Virus record (IMG/VR): IMGVR_UViG_3300031965_000012
Coordinates: 7,998-71,997 of that record
Reading direction: 5' to 3' (one strand)
Length of the DNA: 64,000 nt
Source of the DNA: a virus
Lineage: Duplodnaviria > Caudoviricetes
In this document: piece by piece, positions 29,034 through 39,200 of the stretch
Numbering within the stretch: the first letter of the stretch is position 1
Layout: every line of letters starts with the position of its first letter
The notes under the pieces: model-generated
The model's database searches: none
The model's input: the letters and a program-made list of their open reading frames with translations, nothing else
Told to the model about the DNA's origin: nothing
Made by a program: the position numbers and the translations under genes

Positions 29034-29423
29034 ATGAAAAGATACATGAGGAAGGCGTTAATCCAGAATGAGAAACAACTCAAGGCGGGTAAATATATCC
29101 GGGCCTCTGTAAATAGTGAAGGAGAAGCATTTTTTCATACGGAGGATGTAGTAGGTGTGCCGTATACAAAGAAAATTGGTGGGTATATTGGTCATAGTGA
29201 GCAGGCAAGGGCGATTAAGACTAAAAACCTTTATAATAATTATGCCTATATAAATGACCTAATGGTACACGCTACTCTATTTAAATTCAGTAACAGGCTA
29301 TTGGCGGAACTTTCCAAAATATCTGACCCAATAGAATTTTTGGAATTTATTACGGGAAATAAACTTGCTACCGATAAAAGACAGTATATTAAAATGGAGT
29401 GGAGAACGAATAGAAACTGGTAA
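29034..29423 (+). CDS. Hypothetical protein
   Basis: GGAGG RBS, 129 aa. Confidence 0.55.
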   Translation: MKRYMRKALIQNEKQLKAGKYIRASVNSEGEAFFHTEDVVGVPYTKKIGGYIGHSEQARAIKTKNLYNNYAYINDLMVHATLFKFSNRLLAELSKISDPIEFLEFITGNKLATDKRQYIKMEWRTNRNW

Positions 29424-29425
29424 TT

Positions 29426-30492
29426 CTAAGTTGCATTCAAAGAAATACTATTGACTATCCACGGCCAGCCACTTAACCGAGTTACCCTTGCTGGCTCACC
29501 GGAAAACAGGTGCAGTCCGGTTTCCACTTCTTGGCACACTGTTTCAAGCGAGTCGAAGACGCGGTTAGCGCAATATTTTTCTCGCAACTCGTGCCAGAGT
29601 ATTTCCGTTGGATTGAGTTCTGGCGAGTAGGGCGGCAGTTGAATCAAGGAAATATTGTCTGGAATTTCGAGAGCCTTTGCCCTATGAGAACTTGCGCCAT
29701 CAACTACCATGAGTATATGCCGATCAGGATGAGCCTGTCCAACTTGCCGGAGAAACAAACCCATGCATTCTGTGTTCATCTTCTCGGAGGCCATCCAGTG
29801 CAAAGTGCCATCTTGGGGGCCTATGGCCGCATAGAAGTAGCGAAATTCACGAATCAAAGCCAAGCCGACTGTTGGACGTATGGGCGCTGGCGCCCAGCAT
29901 CTGGCAGGATCACTCATACGCCCGAACCGGGCTTCATCTTGAAACAACAACAAAAATGGTTTCTCGTTTCCTGCTATTTTTTCGGCGATGATGTCGGGGA
30001 GTTTTTTTTAAACTCGTCCCGAACAGCCTCGTTGCCCTTGGGATGTCGAGTGTCTGGTGTCACTTTACGCCAACCATGTCTGTCCAGCAGTCGATACACT
30101 GTTGACTTCGGCACTTTATGGCCAACACGTTCTTCGAGTGCCAAGTGGATGGGCGGAACAACCAACACGCCCCCTGTCTCTGCCTTTGCGACCCAAGGAT
30201 CGAGAAACGTTTTTTCTTCCTCAATGCTCATCAGTTCTCGACGCCGTCCTCCGCGTCGTTCGCCAATCGTCACTTGGGAAGATTTTGTCAGTTCACCGAA
30301 TTGCCGCCGTAGGACACAAACTCTGTCGCGACTTAAGCCCAATACTTCTGCTGTCGTGTCCATTGTCGCGCCAGTAAGGGCTGGCAACAAAATGGCTTGC
30401 CCCTGTCGTAGTTCCTGGAGAGTTGTTGCTTCAGAGACCATCTGGAGTGCAACTTTTATCTCTCCTTCGTCGTGTCGAGCTGGTCTTGCCAT
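29426..30492 (-). CDS. IS630 transposase (orfA HTH + orfB DDE joined by -1 frameshift)
   Basis: FQDEARFG, MVVDGASSH, LPPYSPELNPTE; A8 run at 30002-30009 joins the frames as KKLPDIIAEK... Confidence 0.9.
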
Positions 30493-30554
30493 GTTTTCTC
30501 CTCCTGTTTGAGAGCATGGCAATATTGTAAATTAGTATTGTTTTGAATGCAACT
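29429..30554 (-). mobile_element. IS630-family insertion sequence
   Basis: Terminal inverted repeats AGTTGCATTCAAA..AATACTA at both ends, TA duplicated at 29427-29428 and 30555-30556, visibly GC-richer than its flanks. Confidence 0.93.
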
Positions 30555-30567
30555 TAGAATAATAAAC

Positions 30568-30909
30568 ATGAATGGTGAAAACAAAACCATACCAACAATG
30601 TCAATTTCAAGCCGTTGGGTTTATGAAACCGCCCGGTGGGATGATGATCTACTTAAATATGTTGACCGAAAAAGCAGGGAAGAAATAAAAACCATTGAAA
30701 TGGTAATTGAGTATAGCAAGCGAGGCAAAATCCTTAAATTCATCGGCAGGCCTACCGGGTATGAAAGTTACTATATATCAGACCTCCTCATAAATGAAAT
30801 ACAAGGGAGGGATGAATTTTGTATTTGTGCTGGCACAGTAAATAGTTGGCCCGCTTGTTATGTGGATTATCAAACAGTAATGAATTTTATAAAAAGGGAA
30901 GGAGAATAA
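30568..30909 (+). CDS. Hypothetical protein, possibly the 3' part of an IS-interrupted gene
   Basis: The track start 30547 lies inside the IS end; the empty-site reconstruction extends the frame to TTG 29365. Confidence 0.45.
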   Translation: MNGENKTIPTMSISSRWVYETARWDDDLLKYVDRKSREEIKTIEMVIEYSKRGKILKFIGRPTGYESYYISDLLINEIQGRDEFCICAGTVNSWPACYVDYQTVMNFIKREGE

Positions 30910-30912
30910 ACT

Positions 30913-31125
30913 ATGCTTTGTGTATATTGTAATAAAGATATAACCGAACAAGGAGCTGTTCATAGATGTTTTGTGGTTTGCCATGTAACAGGAAAACAAT
31001 GTGAACACTATACGTTTCAAAGGGATCGCAATGAATGGATGGCTATTGAGCACTGCAGTCATCCAAATAATCCAGAAAATACTGAGGGTAATTGTAAAGA
31101 GTCTCTGTGTCCATTACTAAAATAA
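30913..31125 (+). CDS. Small Cys-rich hypothetical protein
   Basis: GGAG RBS; seven Cys. Confidence 0.5.
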   Translation: MLCVYCNKDITEQGAVHRCFVVCHVTGKQCEHYTFQRDRNEWMAIEHCSHPNNPENTEGNCKESLCPLLK

Positions 31126-31297
31126 AGAGAATAAATCATGTGGTATGACCAATATATTTATACACAGCAACAAAAAATATCTGATAGATTATTTTGGTTT
31201 ATTATGAGTAGGGAATGTGCAAATACAAAAACCCCGTTTAGACGTAAAAATTTTATGTATTCAACAAGGCTCATTTACCCAACAAGGAGAATAAACT

Positions 31298-32278
31298 ATG
31301 CAAATAATTGAACAGTATTATGAAATCCAGCCAGAACTTACAGAGCTGACCACAGAGGCCTACCAAAAGCAAATCGAAAGGAGGGGGCGGATCTGCTATA
31401 AATCAGAGGATAGAATTACAGATGAATCCGCACCTGTATTTGTTGATAAGGTGATTAATCAAAAGCATAATTCTGTAATGGAAATGGCAGTAATCCATGT
31501 AAAATTCAAAATCAGTCCCTTTGATGTAATACCACAGTTTAATAATTTCTTATCTTCCCCATTTTTTAAATGTTCTTATTTAGAGGATAAAAATATTTTT
31601 GTAGTAACAGCCTCTATCAGGGCATGGAGGGAGTTTAGAAAGTTATTTATAGGGTTCGATATTAATGTCTATGAATTTGTACATTACAAATTTCCTGATT
31701 TTTTTAAGGATAGACCCCCGCTTGATGATTCAATTTTTTGCGTATTTAATGATATGGTAAATATGTTTGAAATGGAAATTGTTTCAGACGAGTGGATTAA
31801 AGCAAATGTTCCAAACTATAGAAAACATATTCATGTTTGCGTAAAACTCGTCACTAATCGGGTCGTTACTCATGAAATAGTTAGGCACCGCCCCTGCTCG
31901 TTCCTCCAAGAAAGTCAGAGATATGTCCGTTATGACAGAGGGGAAATGGAGTTTATTAAGCCAGTGCAGTGGGATAATTGGAAACGCAATCAGCAGAAAA
32001 GGTTCATTGATACTTGCCTAGATGCAGAGGAAAATTATCGAGCAAATGTAACCGGTCCCGATAAAATGACACCACAAGAGGCTCGAAATAATCTCCCGAA
32101 TTCCACTAAAACAGAAATCTTAGTTTATACAGATTTACAGCAGTGGAACCATATCATGTACCAACGCTCTGAGGGCGGTGCTGACCCTCAAATGAAAGGA
32201 TTAATGAAACCATTATTAGAGGATCTTAGGCAATTATATCCGGGATATTTCGATTGCCTGGTTCCGAAAAAAGGCTAA
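31298..32278 (+). CDS. thyX: FAD-dependent thymidylate synthase
   Basis: GRICYKS, KHNSVME, THEIVRHRPCSFLQESQRY, ARNNLPNSTKTE. Confidence 0.9.
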   Translation: MQIIEQYYEIQPELTELTTEAYQKQIERRGRICYKSEDRITDESAPVFVDKVINQKHNSVMEMAVIHVKFKISPFDVIPQFNNFLSSPFFKCSYLEDKNIFVVTASIRAWREFRKLFIGFDINVYEFVHYKFPDFFKDRPPLDDSIFCVFNDMVNMFEMEIVSDEWIKANVPNYRKHIHVCVKLVTNRVVTHEIVRHRPCSFLQESQRYVRYDRGEMEFIKPVQWDNWKRNQQKRFIDTCLDAEENYRANVTGPDKMTPQEARNNLPNSTKTEILVYTDLQQWNHIMYQRSEGGADPQMKGLMKPLLEDLRQLYPGYFDCLVPKKG

Positions 32279-33069
32279 ATAAGGAGGGGGGTTGTTATGT
32301 CTACAAATAGTAGAATGGGACTGGCCACTATGCAGACAATGATGATGGCGGCACTGGCAGAAGATTTTGGAAAGTGGAGTAAAGGAGGGCGGTCAGCCAT
32401 AAAAAGAAAAAGCAGTAGAAAAAAGGGAAAGGCAAATTATCGAAGTGGCTGCAAAAATAAAAGGAATAAGTTCTATTTACGATGATTAGAACTTTATAAA
32501 GAGGATTAAGCATATGGATGATTTAAAAAATGAAATAAAGGAAACGTTAGATTATTTAGTGCGTTACGGTATGATTAGTACAATTACTAATATAGAATAC
32601 CCAGCCGGATCACATCAATATTTTTTAAAAAAGGCCATGAATTTAATTAGTAAAATTGATACCCTATAAATAATAAAGGGAGGGAATTTATAATGACATT
32701 TTGGCAATGGTTTGAAAAACATATCGACTTACGATTACTACTCACTCCATTTGGCGTAGTCAATACTATTTATAGAACTAAAGGCGTTGTTGGATATTGT
32801 GATTACTATATTTTTGGAATACGAATTGCCCGAATACAAAAAACAAATCCATGGGATTAGATAAAAAGAGGAAAAAATGAAACTAAACCAGCAGACAACT
32901 TTAATATTTGAGAATACAGATGATTTTGTAGATTTTGTCTGTATAATTGATAAAATCGACTCGTTTTATACATCCGCAAATCCACCTGAATTTCGCATAA
33001 CCCCTGAGCAATATAAAATAATTAAAACCATATCAGATAAAATCACAGAAGCTATTGGTGTGAGGGATT

Positions 33070-34347
33070 ATGCCGAAAATAAAGGATAGGAAACTTGACA
33101 CCAAAACAGAGAAAAAAATTATAACCGGAATTATCGCCTCAACTAAATTTCTTGAGACAATAGAGCCACAAATAAACTACGATCTATTTGATTTGCCATA
33201 TTCAGGTATTGTAATCAATTGGTGTTTGGATTATTACGAGGAATTTAAAAAGGCCCCCGGTATTCACATACAATCAATTTTTGAAAATAAATTCAAAACA
33301 ATTGATGAAAATATAGCGGATCTTCTGGCAAAATTTCTTGATCAGCTTTCCACCAGTTTTGAAAATATTGAGGAATTTAACGAGGAGTACTTAATAAAGG
33401 AAGCCGTAACCCATTTTAATGAACGGCTCCTAAAAATCCTCAATGAAGATATCGCTATCCATTTAGGAAACGGGCACCCTGATAAAGCTCAGGAACTGCT
33501 CAATGAGTATAAACCGATTGTAATTGAGGGGAATCTAGTTGATAAAATTTCATCATCGACTATCTCTGAGAAAAAACTCTATAAAAAGAAAATAAGGAAG
33601 CCACGAAATATTATCCGCCCCTGGTTAACCGCCCCAAGTCTCACACAAATCTATGCAAAAGAGGGCGTTGGTAAAACAATGATAGCTTACATCCTGGCTA
33701 TTGCTATGACGCGGGAAAATTACAGGGAAATTAAATTATTTGGTGGGTGGGAAGTAAAGATGCCGGTTGGGTGTCTCATTGTGGATGGTGAGATGGATGA
33801 GGGATTGATCCGTGATAGGCTAAAAAAATTAGCAGGGCCTTGTGGAAAAAGCGGGAAGAAAACACCACTATCCATTTTTAGTGCTTCTGCTTTTTTGAAG
33901 GACCATGAGAAAGAACAGCCGCCGAATCTTGGTAGTAAAATATGGCGATCTTCTATCATGGAATACACCAAAAACAACCCAGAATATCAGGTCATTATTC
34001 TGGATAACTTGTACTCCTTGATAAAGGGAATTGATTTATCTGATAATACGGAGTGGCAGGCTATTAATGAGTGGTTATTGGAGTTGAGACATAACGGGGT
34101 ATCAGTTATAATGCTTCATCATGCGGGCAAAAGCGGGGATCAATTAGGAGCGAGTTCCAGGAATTTCAATCTAAATAACACAATCTACTTAAAGACCCCA
34201 AAAGGGCATATGATTGAAAAGGACGGGGCAGTATTTGAAGTACATTTTGAAAAGGGACGTGATATTAAACCGGGGGATATTACACGATTCACATTGCGTA
34301 TAGAGGATTTCGGGCATAATGATTGGCTGACATGGGCGGAGGAGTGA
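33070..34347 (+). CDS. SF4/RecA-like (AAA_25) replicative helicase
   Basis: AKEGVGKT, VDGEM, IILDNL, LHHAGKSGDQLGAS. Confidence 0.75.
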   Translation: MPKIKDRKLDTKTEKKIITGIIASTKFLETIEPQINYDLFDLPYSGIVINWCLDYYEEFKKAPGIHIQSIFENKFKTIDENIADLLAKFLDQLSTSFENIEEFNEEYLIKEAVTHFNERLLKILNEDIAIHLGNGHPDKAQELLNEYKPIVIEGNLVDKISSSTISEKKLYKKKIRKPRNIIRPWLTAPSLTQIYAKEGVGKTMIAYILAIAMTRENYREIKLFGGWEVKMPVGCLIVDGEMDEGLIRDRLKKLAGPCGKSGKKTPLSIFSASAFLKDHEKEQPPNLGSKIWRSSIMEYTKNNPEYQVIILDNLYSLIKGIDLSDNTEWQAINEWLLELRHNGVSVIMLHHAGKSGDQLGASSRNFNLNNTIYLKTPKGHMIEKDGAVFEVHFEKGRDIKPGDITRFTLRIEDFGHNDWLTWAEE

Positions 34348-34521
34348 ATGATAAAAAGAAAAGGGGTATTGATTTGTGTATGTAATCAAGCAGAAGAAGA
34401 AATGTGCAAACGGTGTGAAAATAACAAAAGACTAAAGCCTGATTTGATTCTCTATTGCTCAACATGGCCAAGAAAAGTATAAGGGAAACAATAATTGATT
34501 TTTAAAAATGAGGTATAAACA

Positions 34522-34776
34522 ATGGTAAAGAGAAAACAAGAACCACTCCCAGTTATTCGCATGTTCCCGGTTGAATCATCCAATATTGAAAAGATCGGAT
34601 ATTTACATAAAATAAAAGTGGTTATTATCCAATTTAAAGGAGGAGCCCAATATAAATATCTCAATTTTACAAAAAAGGATTGGGCTAAATTATGCTGCTG
34701 TGAATCAGTTGGTAAATTTTTCGCCAAAAATATTAAAGATAAGTTTGAGTGCCACAAAATACCATTTTCTGGATAA
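34522..34776 (+). CDS. KTSC domain protein
   Basis: PVESSNIEKIGY, IQFKGGAQYKY, ESVGKFFAKNIK. Confidence 0.85.
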   Translation: MVKRKQEPLPVIRMFPVESSNIEKIGYLHKIKVVIIQFKGGAQYKYLNFTKKDWAKLCCCESVGKFFAKNIKDKFECHKIPFSG

Positions 34777-34784
34777 TAAAATAA

Positions 34785-35009
34785 ATGCAAACAAGACTTG
34801 AATCCTTAATTGAAATCAGCTTAAATACATTATCTGGATTTGTTATTGCTTGGATTACTTCCCTTTTTATTCTTCCTCATTTTGGGTTTAACGTAACATT
34901 GAATCAAAACACGCAAATAACGCTTATATTTACGGCTGTCTCAATAGTTCGTGGATGGGTATGGCGTAGGCTATTCAATTTTAAAACGGCCCGGAGGATG
35001 CGAAAATGA
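34785..35009 (+). CDS. Small two-TM membrane protein
   Basis: QTRLESLIE..N...GF...SIVRGWVWRRLFN. Confidence 0.6.
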   Translation: MQTRLESLIEISLNTLSGFVIAWITSLFILPHFGFNVTLNQNTQITLIFTAVSIVRGWVWRRLFNFKTARRMRK

Positions 35010-35166
35010 AAAGGAAAATAAAATATCTAAAATGCGTTGATTGTAGAAGCATGATTGACCCTAAAGAGGAATGCCAATTTTGGAAAGAAAAGAAGAAAAA
35101 AACAATCCGCCCCCTATGCCAGATATGCATGGATAGAAGGGTAAATAAAAACCAAGGAGGAAAGAA

Positions 35167-35559
35167 ATGAGCTTAACAGTCACAAAGGAATTTTCATTTT
35201 GTTATGGGCACCACTTGCCGGAATACCCTGGTCTGTGTAAAAATCAACATGGCCACAATTCAAAATTATTGGTTACTGTTAAAAATCCAGGAGAGCAGGA
35301 AATAAGGCCAGGGATGGTTTGTGATTTCTCCATTTTGAAAAAAGTGGTTATGCGAGAAATTGTTGAAAAACTTGATCATCAAAATATTAATGATCTAATT
35401 CCTACAGATGAGTTTGAATATATTCAAATGATAGATATGCCAACGGCAGAGAATATTGTAATATGGATAGCACATGTGCTTTATAAGCATTTTGGTACGG
35501 GGTTAGTGGCTATTCGGCTTTATGAAACACCAACATCATATTGTGAGTGGAGGAGATAA
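35167..35559 (+). CDS. queD: 6-carboxytetrahydropterin synthase
   Basis: GHHLPEYPGLCKNQHGHN, LDHQNIN, PTAENI, LYETPTS. Confidence 0.93.
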   Translation: MSLTVTKEFSFCYGHHLPEYPGLCKNQHGHNSKLLVTVKNPGEQEIRPGMVCDFSILKKVVMREIVEKLDHQNINDLIPTDEFEYIQMIDMPTAENIVIWIAHVLYKHFGTGLVAIRLYETPTSYCEWRR

Positions 35560-35560
35560 A

Positions 35561-36238
35561 ATGAAAAAATTAATGGTATATTCCATATTTTTGAGTATTT
35601 CAGGGGAAGTTGGATTATTTAAGCAGGGGTCTTTCACTACTTTTATCCGTTTAGCAGGGTGTAATATCCATTGTGGATATTGTGATACTCCTAACACTTT
35701 AAGAATGGATAGCGGTACATCCCAATCAATTGAGTCCATAATTGAGGCAGTTGAGGCTATAGGATGTAAACAGGTATTAATTACCGGTGGCGAGCCACTC
35801 ATGCAAAGAACGGCGCTTAATGATTTAGTATATAATCTACAAGTTAAAGGGTATAATATACAGATTGAAACAAACGGATCATTTGTGCCACAATTAGAAA
35901 CCACTGACCCTATTTGCTGGGTAATAGATTATAAGTTGCGTGGTTCTTTAATGGAGCATAGGATGCCACCGATTGATAAGTTTGTAAGGCAGGTGCCTTA
36001 CAACTCCTGGGTAAAATTTGTTTGCTGTGATGAGGATGATTTTAACCAGGCACTTGAAGTAATTAAATTGATTAAAACTGTTTTACCCTATGGCAGTATT
36101 CAATTTGCTATGTCGCCCGCCGGATTTCCAGGAAAAGAATTATATAAGTGGATGAGAGATAAACGGCTATATGATATTGTTTTGAATACACAAATCCATA
36201 AATTTATATTCCCGGAAGGTGAGGAAGAAATAAAATAA
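35561..36238 (+). CDS. queE: 7-carboxy-7-deazaguanine synthase (radical SAM)
   Basis: SISGE, FIRLAGCNIHCGYCDT, ITGGEP, IETNG, QIHK. Confidence 0.93.
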   Translation: MKKLMVYSIFLSISGEVGLFKQGSFTTFIRLAGCNIHCGYCDTPNTLRMDSGTSQSIESIIEAVEAIGCKQVLITGGEPLMQRTALNDLVYNLQVKGYNIQIETNGSFVPQLETTDPICWVIDYKLRGSLMEHRMPPIDKFVRQVPYNSWVKFVCCDEDDFNQALEVIKLIKTVLPYGSIQFAMSPAGFPGKELYKWMRDKRLYDIVLNTQIHKFIFPEGEEEIK

Positions 36239-36248
36239 TTATTTTTTA

Positions 36249-36333
36249 TAAAATAAACCTTGTTTTTATTTTAAATATGAATTATTATCTTTATTAACAG
36301 GTAAGGGAAATTCAACAATAACTAAAAACAAGG
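36249..36333 (+). promoter_or_regulatory. Class-E promoter plus leader copy 4
   Basis: Same core, plus the AGGTAAGGGAAATTCAACAATAACTAAAAACAAGG leader shared with copies 3 and 5. Confidence 0.7.
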
Positions 36334-36343
36334 AGGTAAGGAC

Positions 36344-36600
36344 ATGACGACAAGATTATTAGACTCCCAATATTTAAGAAGGGTGCTCACTCTTAGTGCG
36401 GAAGGTTTAACTTATGATGATGGAGAGAGGAGGCTTGGTGAATTCTTTAGGGCAGTAGCAGATAGATTAAACCAGGTATACCCTGACGGGATGTTGATGC
36501 TGAATATGTCCTTAATCTATGTAATGAGCCTCCACTTTTAGGGCAATTTGATGATCTTAATCTTGAGCAGGAACTTGATGATATGTTTTTAGGTTGTTAA
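36344..36600 (+). pseudogene. Early hypothetical gene with apparent 1-nt frameshift near 36490
   Basis: The -1 frame DVDAEYVLNLCNEPPLLGQFDDLNLEQELDDMFLGC is open to 36600 and reads more protein-like than the 0-frame tail. Confidence 0.4.
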
Positions 36601-36612
36601 AATCAAAAAATT

Positions 36613-36651
36613 TAAACTTTTTCATAATTATTTTGGCTCTATTTAGTATAA
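36613..36651 (+). promoter_or_regulatory. Class-M promoter copy 2
   Basis: TTTTTCATAATTATTTT-N9-TAGTATAA. Confidence 0.6.
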
Positions 36652-36723
36652 TATAGAAACAACGCAAAACGCGTCCAATTAAAACCAGGTTTTAGTAAAA
36701 ACCAAAAATCAGGAGGAATTACC

Positions 36724-37383
36724 ATGGCACCAAAAAAGAAGACAAAAAAAACTGAATCAGCAGTAAGCAAAAAGCAACTTAAGCTGGCCCTTGAGGACAT
36801 GATTGAAGTGATGGGTCTCACGGATTGGGATGAAGATGATCCAATGAATGAGGTTGAGGGGGACATTACCAAGCTGAATGAAAAACAGCTTGAAAAGCAG
36901 ATTGTTTTCTGTTCAGACGCCATTTCTGAGGATGATGAGTTTTCCCCGGCTACATTGACCGTATTTTCAGCTTTGGATATTGAAATGCCTGAGAAAAAAG
37001 AAAAACCGGCAAAGAAGGCAGAAGAGGAACCTGCAAAGAAGGGCAAAGCCAAGAAAGAGCCAGAGCCTGAACCGAAAGAGGAAGAGGCTAAGAAGGATAA
37101 AAAGAAGGTTGTAAAAAAGGAAGATCGCCCAGAGGCTAAAGCCGGTGAAAAAGCACGGGAAAAGAAAAATAAAGGTCCTGGTGTAATTGCTACAATCATC
37201 TCTTTACTTGAAAATGGCCCGATTACTAAAGAAGATATGCTTAAAAAATTAGTTGCCGCCTTCCCTGATCGTGAAGAAAAAGCAATGAAAAGCACATTGA
37301 ATATCCAAGTTCCTGGGCGCCTAACAAAAGATAAAGAGCTTGATGTTGTGGAAGTAAAAGATAAGGGTTGGAAAATTAAGTAG
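36724..37383 (+). CDS. Lys/Glu-rich protein with C-terminal winged-helix-like domain
   Basis: Acidic N-domain, K/E/P linker, GVIATIISLLENGPITKEDMLKKLVAAFPDR. Confidence 0.55.
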   Translation: MAPKKKTKKTESAVSKKQLKLALEDMIEVMGLTDWDEDDPMNEVEGDITKLNEKQLEKQIVFCSDAISEDDEFSPATLTVFSALDIEMPEKKEKPAKKAEEEPAKKGKAKKEPEPEPKEEEAKKDKKKVVKKEDRPEAKAGEKAREKKNKGPGVIATIISLLENGPITKEDMLKKLVAAFPDREEKAMKSTLNIQVPGRLTKDKELDVVEVKDKGWKIK

Positions 37384-37413
37384 GAATTCACCATTACATA
37401 ATAAAATAAGTAG

Positions 37414-37448
37414 AAATAAGCGGGGGTACCTTCCCCGCTTATTTTATA
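37414..37448 (+). terminator. Intrinsic (possibly bidirectional) terminator
   Basis: 12-bp AAATAAGCGGGG/CCCCGCTTATTT stem. Confidence 0.7.
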
Positions 37449-37460
37449 AGGAGGTACAGC

Positions 37461-38141
37461 ATGAAAAGAAAAGTGGTCCTTGCCTTATCAGGTGGGATGG
37501 ATTCTACAACCTTACTCGGAAAATTACTGCATGAGGGGAATGATGTAAAATGCCTTTGTTTTTATTACGCGTCAAAACATAACGAGTATGAAAATAAGGC
37601 GGCAGCAATGGTTGCCGAACACTACGGGGTTAATCTACAAATGGTTGATTTATCCCAGGTCATGAGTGGATTCACGTCAGCACTTTTAAAATCAGGCGGT
37701 GAAATTCCAGAAGGGCATTATACAGATTCCTCCATGTCTCAAACTGTGGTCCCTTTCCGTAATGGCATTTTTCTTTCTATAATGGCAGGATTGGCAGAAT
37801 CAATTGGAGCAGATTCAGTTGCTGTTGGCATCCATCAAGGCGACCACGCGATATATCCAGATTGTCGTGAGGTATTCTACAAGATGATGAATAATGCTAT
37901 CTTAGCGGGCACTGATAATAAAGTGCATATCATAGCCCCTTTTCTTAACACAGATAAAATTGGGATTTTACAGGAAGGATTCACTATTAATGTCCCCTAT
38001 CATTTAACCCGAACCTGCTATAAAGACCAGCCAGTTTCGTGTGGTAATTGTGGCAGCTGCAATGAAAGAAAGGAAGCGTTTAATATAGTGGGGGTAATTG
38101 ACCCTATCCCCTATTCAGATGAATCCTATTTACAGGTATAA
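37461..38141 (+). CDS. queC: 7-cyano-7-deazaguanine synthase
   Basis: LSGGMDST, VVPFRNGIF, YPDCR, TRTCY, CGNCGSCNER. Confidence 0.95.
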   Translation: MKRKVVLALSGGMDSTTLLGKLLHEGNDVKCLCFYYASKHNEYENKAAAMVAEHYGVNLQMVDLSQVMSGFTSALLKSGGEIPEGHYTDSSMSQTVVPFRNGIFLSIMAGLAESIGADSVAVGIHQGDHAIYPDCREVFYKMMNNAILAGTDNKVHIIAPFLNTDKIGILQEGFTINVPYHLTRTCYKDQPVSCGNCGSCNERKEAFNIVGVIDPIPYSDESYLQV

Positions 38142-38145
38142 ATAA

Positions 38146-39000
38146 ATGGCTAAATATAAAATGACGTGGGATGAAGTTCTCAGAAGAATGAAATTTTTTG
38201 ATTTACCTGAAAATAAAATTTACGGAGTGCCCCGTGGTGGCATGATTTGTACTGCCTTTTTAAATAAAGCCAAAGCGGTGACTACTCCGGAACAAGCAAA
38301 CATTATTTTAGATGATATTGTGGACTCAGGGGCTACCCGTGCAAAATATCTTAAAATGTATCCAGAAATTCCATTTGTTGCCTTAGTAGATAAAAACATA
38401 CCTCATGATGCTAAGATTGGTTGGGTAATTTTCCCATGGGAACAGGATGAGATAGCTTCCATTGAAGATTCTGTTATCCGTCAATTAGAATTTATCGGCG
38501 AAGATGTATCAAGGGAAGGATTACTTGATACTCCAAAACGGGTAATTAAATCCTGGGCAAAACTATATGGTGGCTATTCACAAAATCCAAAAGATGTTAT
38601 TACCGTATTTGATTCCGCCGGTTGTGATGAGATTGTGCTGCTAAAAAATATTGAGTTCTTTAGCACATGCGAACATCATATGTTACCATTCCACGGAAAG
38701 GCCCATATTGCGTATCTCCCAAATAAAAAAGTCATTGGTATATCTAAGCTCGCCAGATTGTTAGAAGTGTTCTCCCGGCGATTACAGATACAGGAACGAA
38801 TTGGGGTACAAGTGACAGAAGTCCTAATGAATGATTTGGGGGCCGTAGGGGCTGCTTGTATTTTAGAGGCACAGCATTTTTGCATGACCAGCAGAGGCGT
38901 GGAAAAACAAAATTCTATAATGACCACATCATCCATCAAGGGCATTTTTCGCGAAAACCTGGCTGCGCGTAATGAGTTACTCAATTTAATTGCCCTATGA
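38146..39000 (+). CDS. folE: Type I phosphoribosyltransferase-like domain fused to GTP cyclohydrolase I
   Basis: N-terminal YGVPRGG and ILDDIVDSGAT; C-terminal GLLDTPKRV, CEHHMLPF, GISKLARL, RRLQIQER, HFCMTSRG. Confidence 0.9.
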   Translation: MAKYKMTWDEVLRRMKFFDLPENKIYGVPRGGMICTAFLNKAKAVTTPEQANIILDDIVDSGATRAKYLKMYPEIPFVALVDKNIPHDAKIGWVIFPWEQDEIASIEDSVIRQLEFIGEDVSREGLLDTPKRVIKSWAKLYGGYSQNPKDVITVFDSAGCDEIVLLKNIEFFSTCEHHMLPFHGKAHIAYLPNKKVIGISKLARLLEVFSRRLQIQERIGVQVTEVLMNDLGAVGAACILEAQHFCMTSRGVEKQNSIMTTSSIKGIFRENLAARNELLNLIAL

Positions 39001-39200
39001 AAATTTACTTGGCTGGGATTGGGATGGATTTAAAAGGAGATTATTTTGAAACCATCCCCCCCATTAATTTTCTATTATCATTCCATTTTTTATTAAATAC
39101 AAGTGCCCCTTTCCATAAATACCATTGGAAGAGGTTTAAAAGGATTATAGATTATTATGAAAATATGGATAGCCGGGGAGACTTGTCAAATAGAACGTGA
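38997..39200 (+). CDS. Small protein resembling the DpdA N-terminal module (copy 1)
   Basis: MKIYLAG...FLLSFHF; ATGA overlap with folE. Confidence 0.5.
   Translation: MKIYLAGIGMDLKGDYFETIPPINFLLSFHFLLNTSAPFHKYHWKRFKRIIDYYENMDSRGDLSNRT

Noticed and set aside
29510-30511. 333-aa plus-strand ORF inside the IS
   Set aside because: Antisense shadow of the GC-rich transposase; no motifs.
30547-30567. ORF-track start at 30547
   Set aside because: The ATG lies inside the IS terminal repeat.
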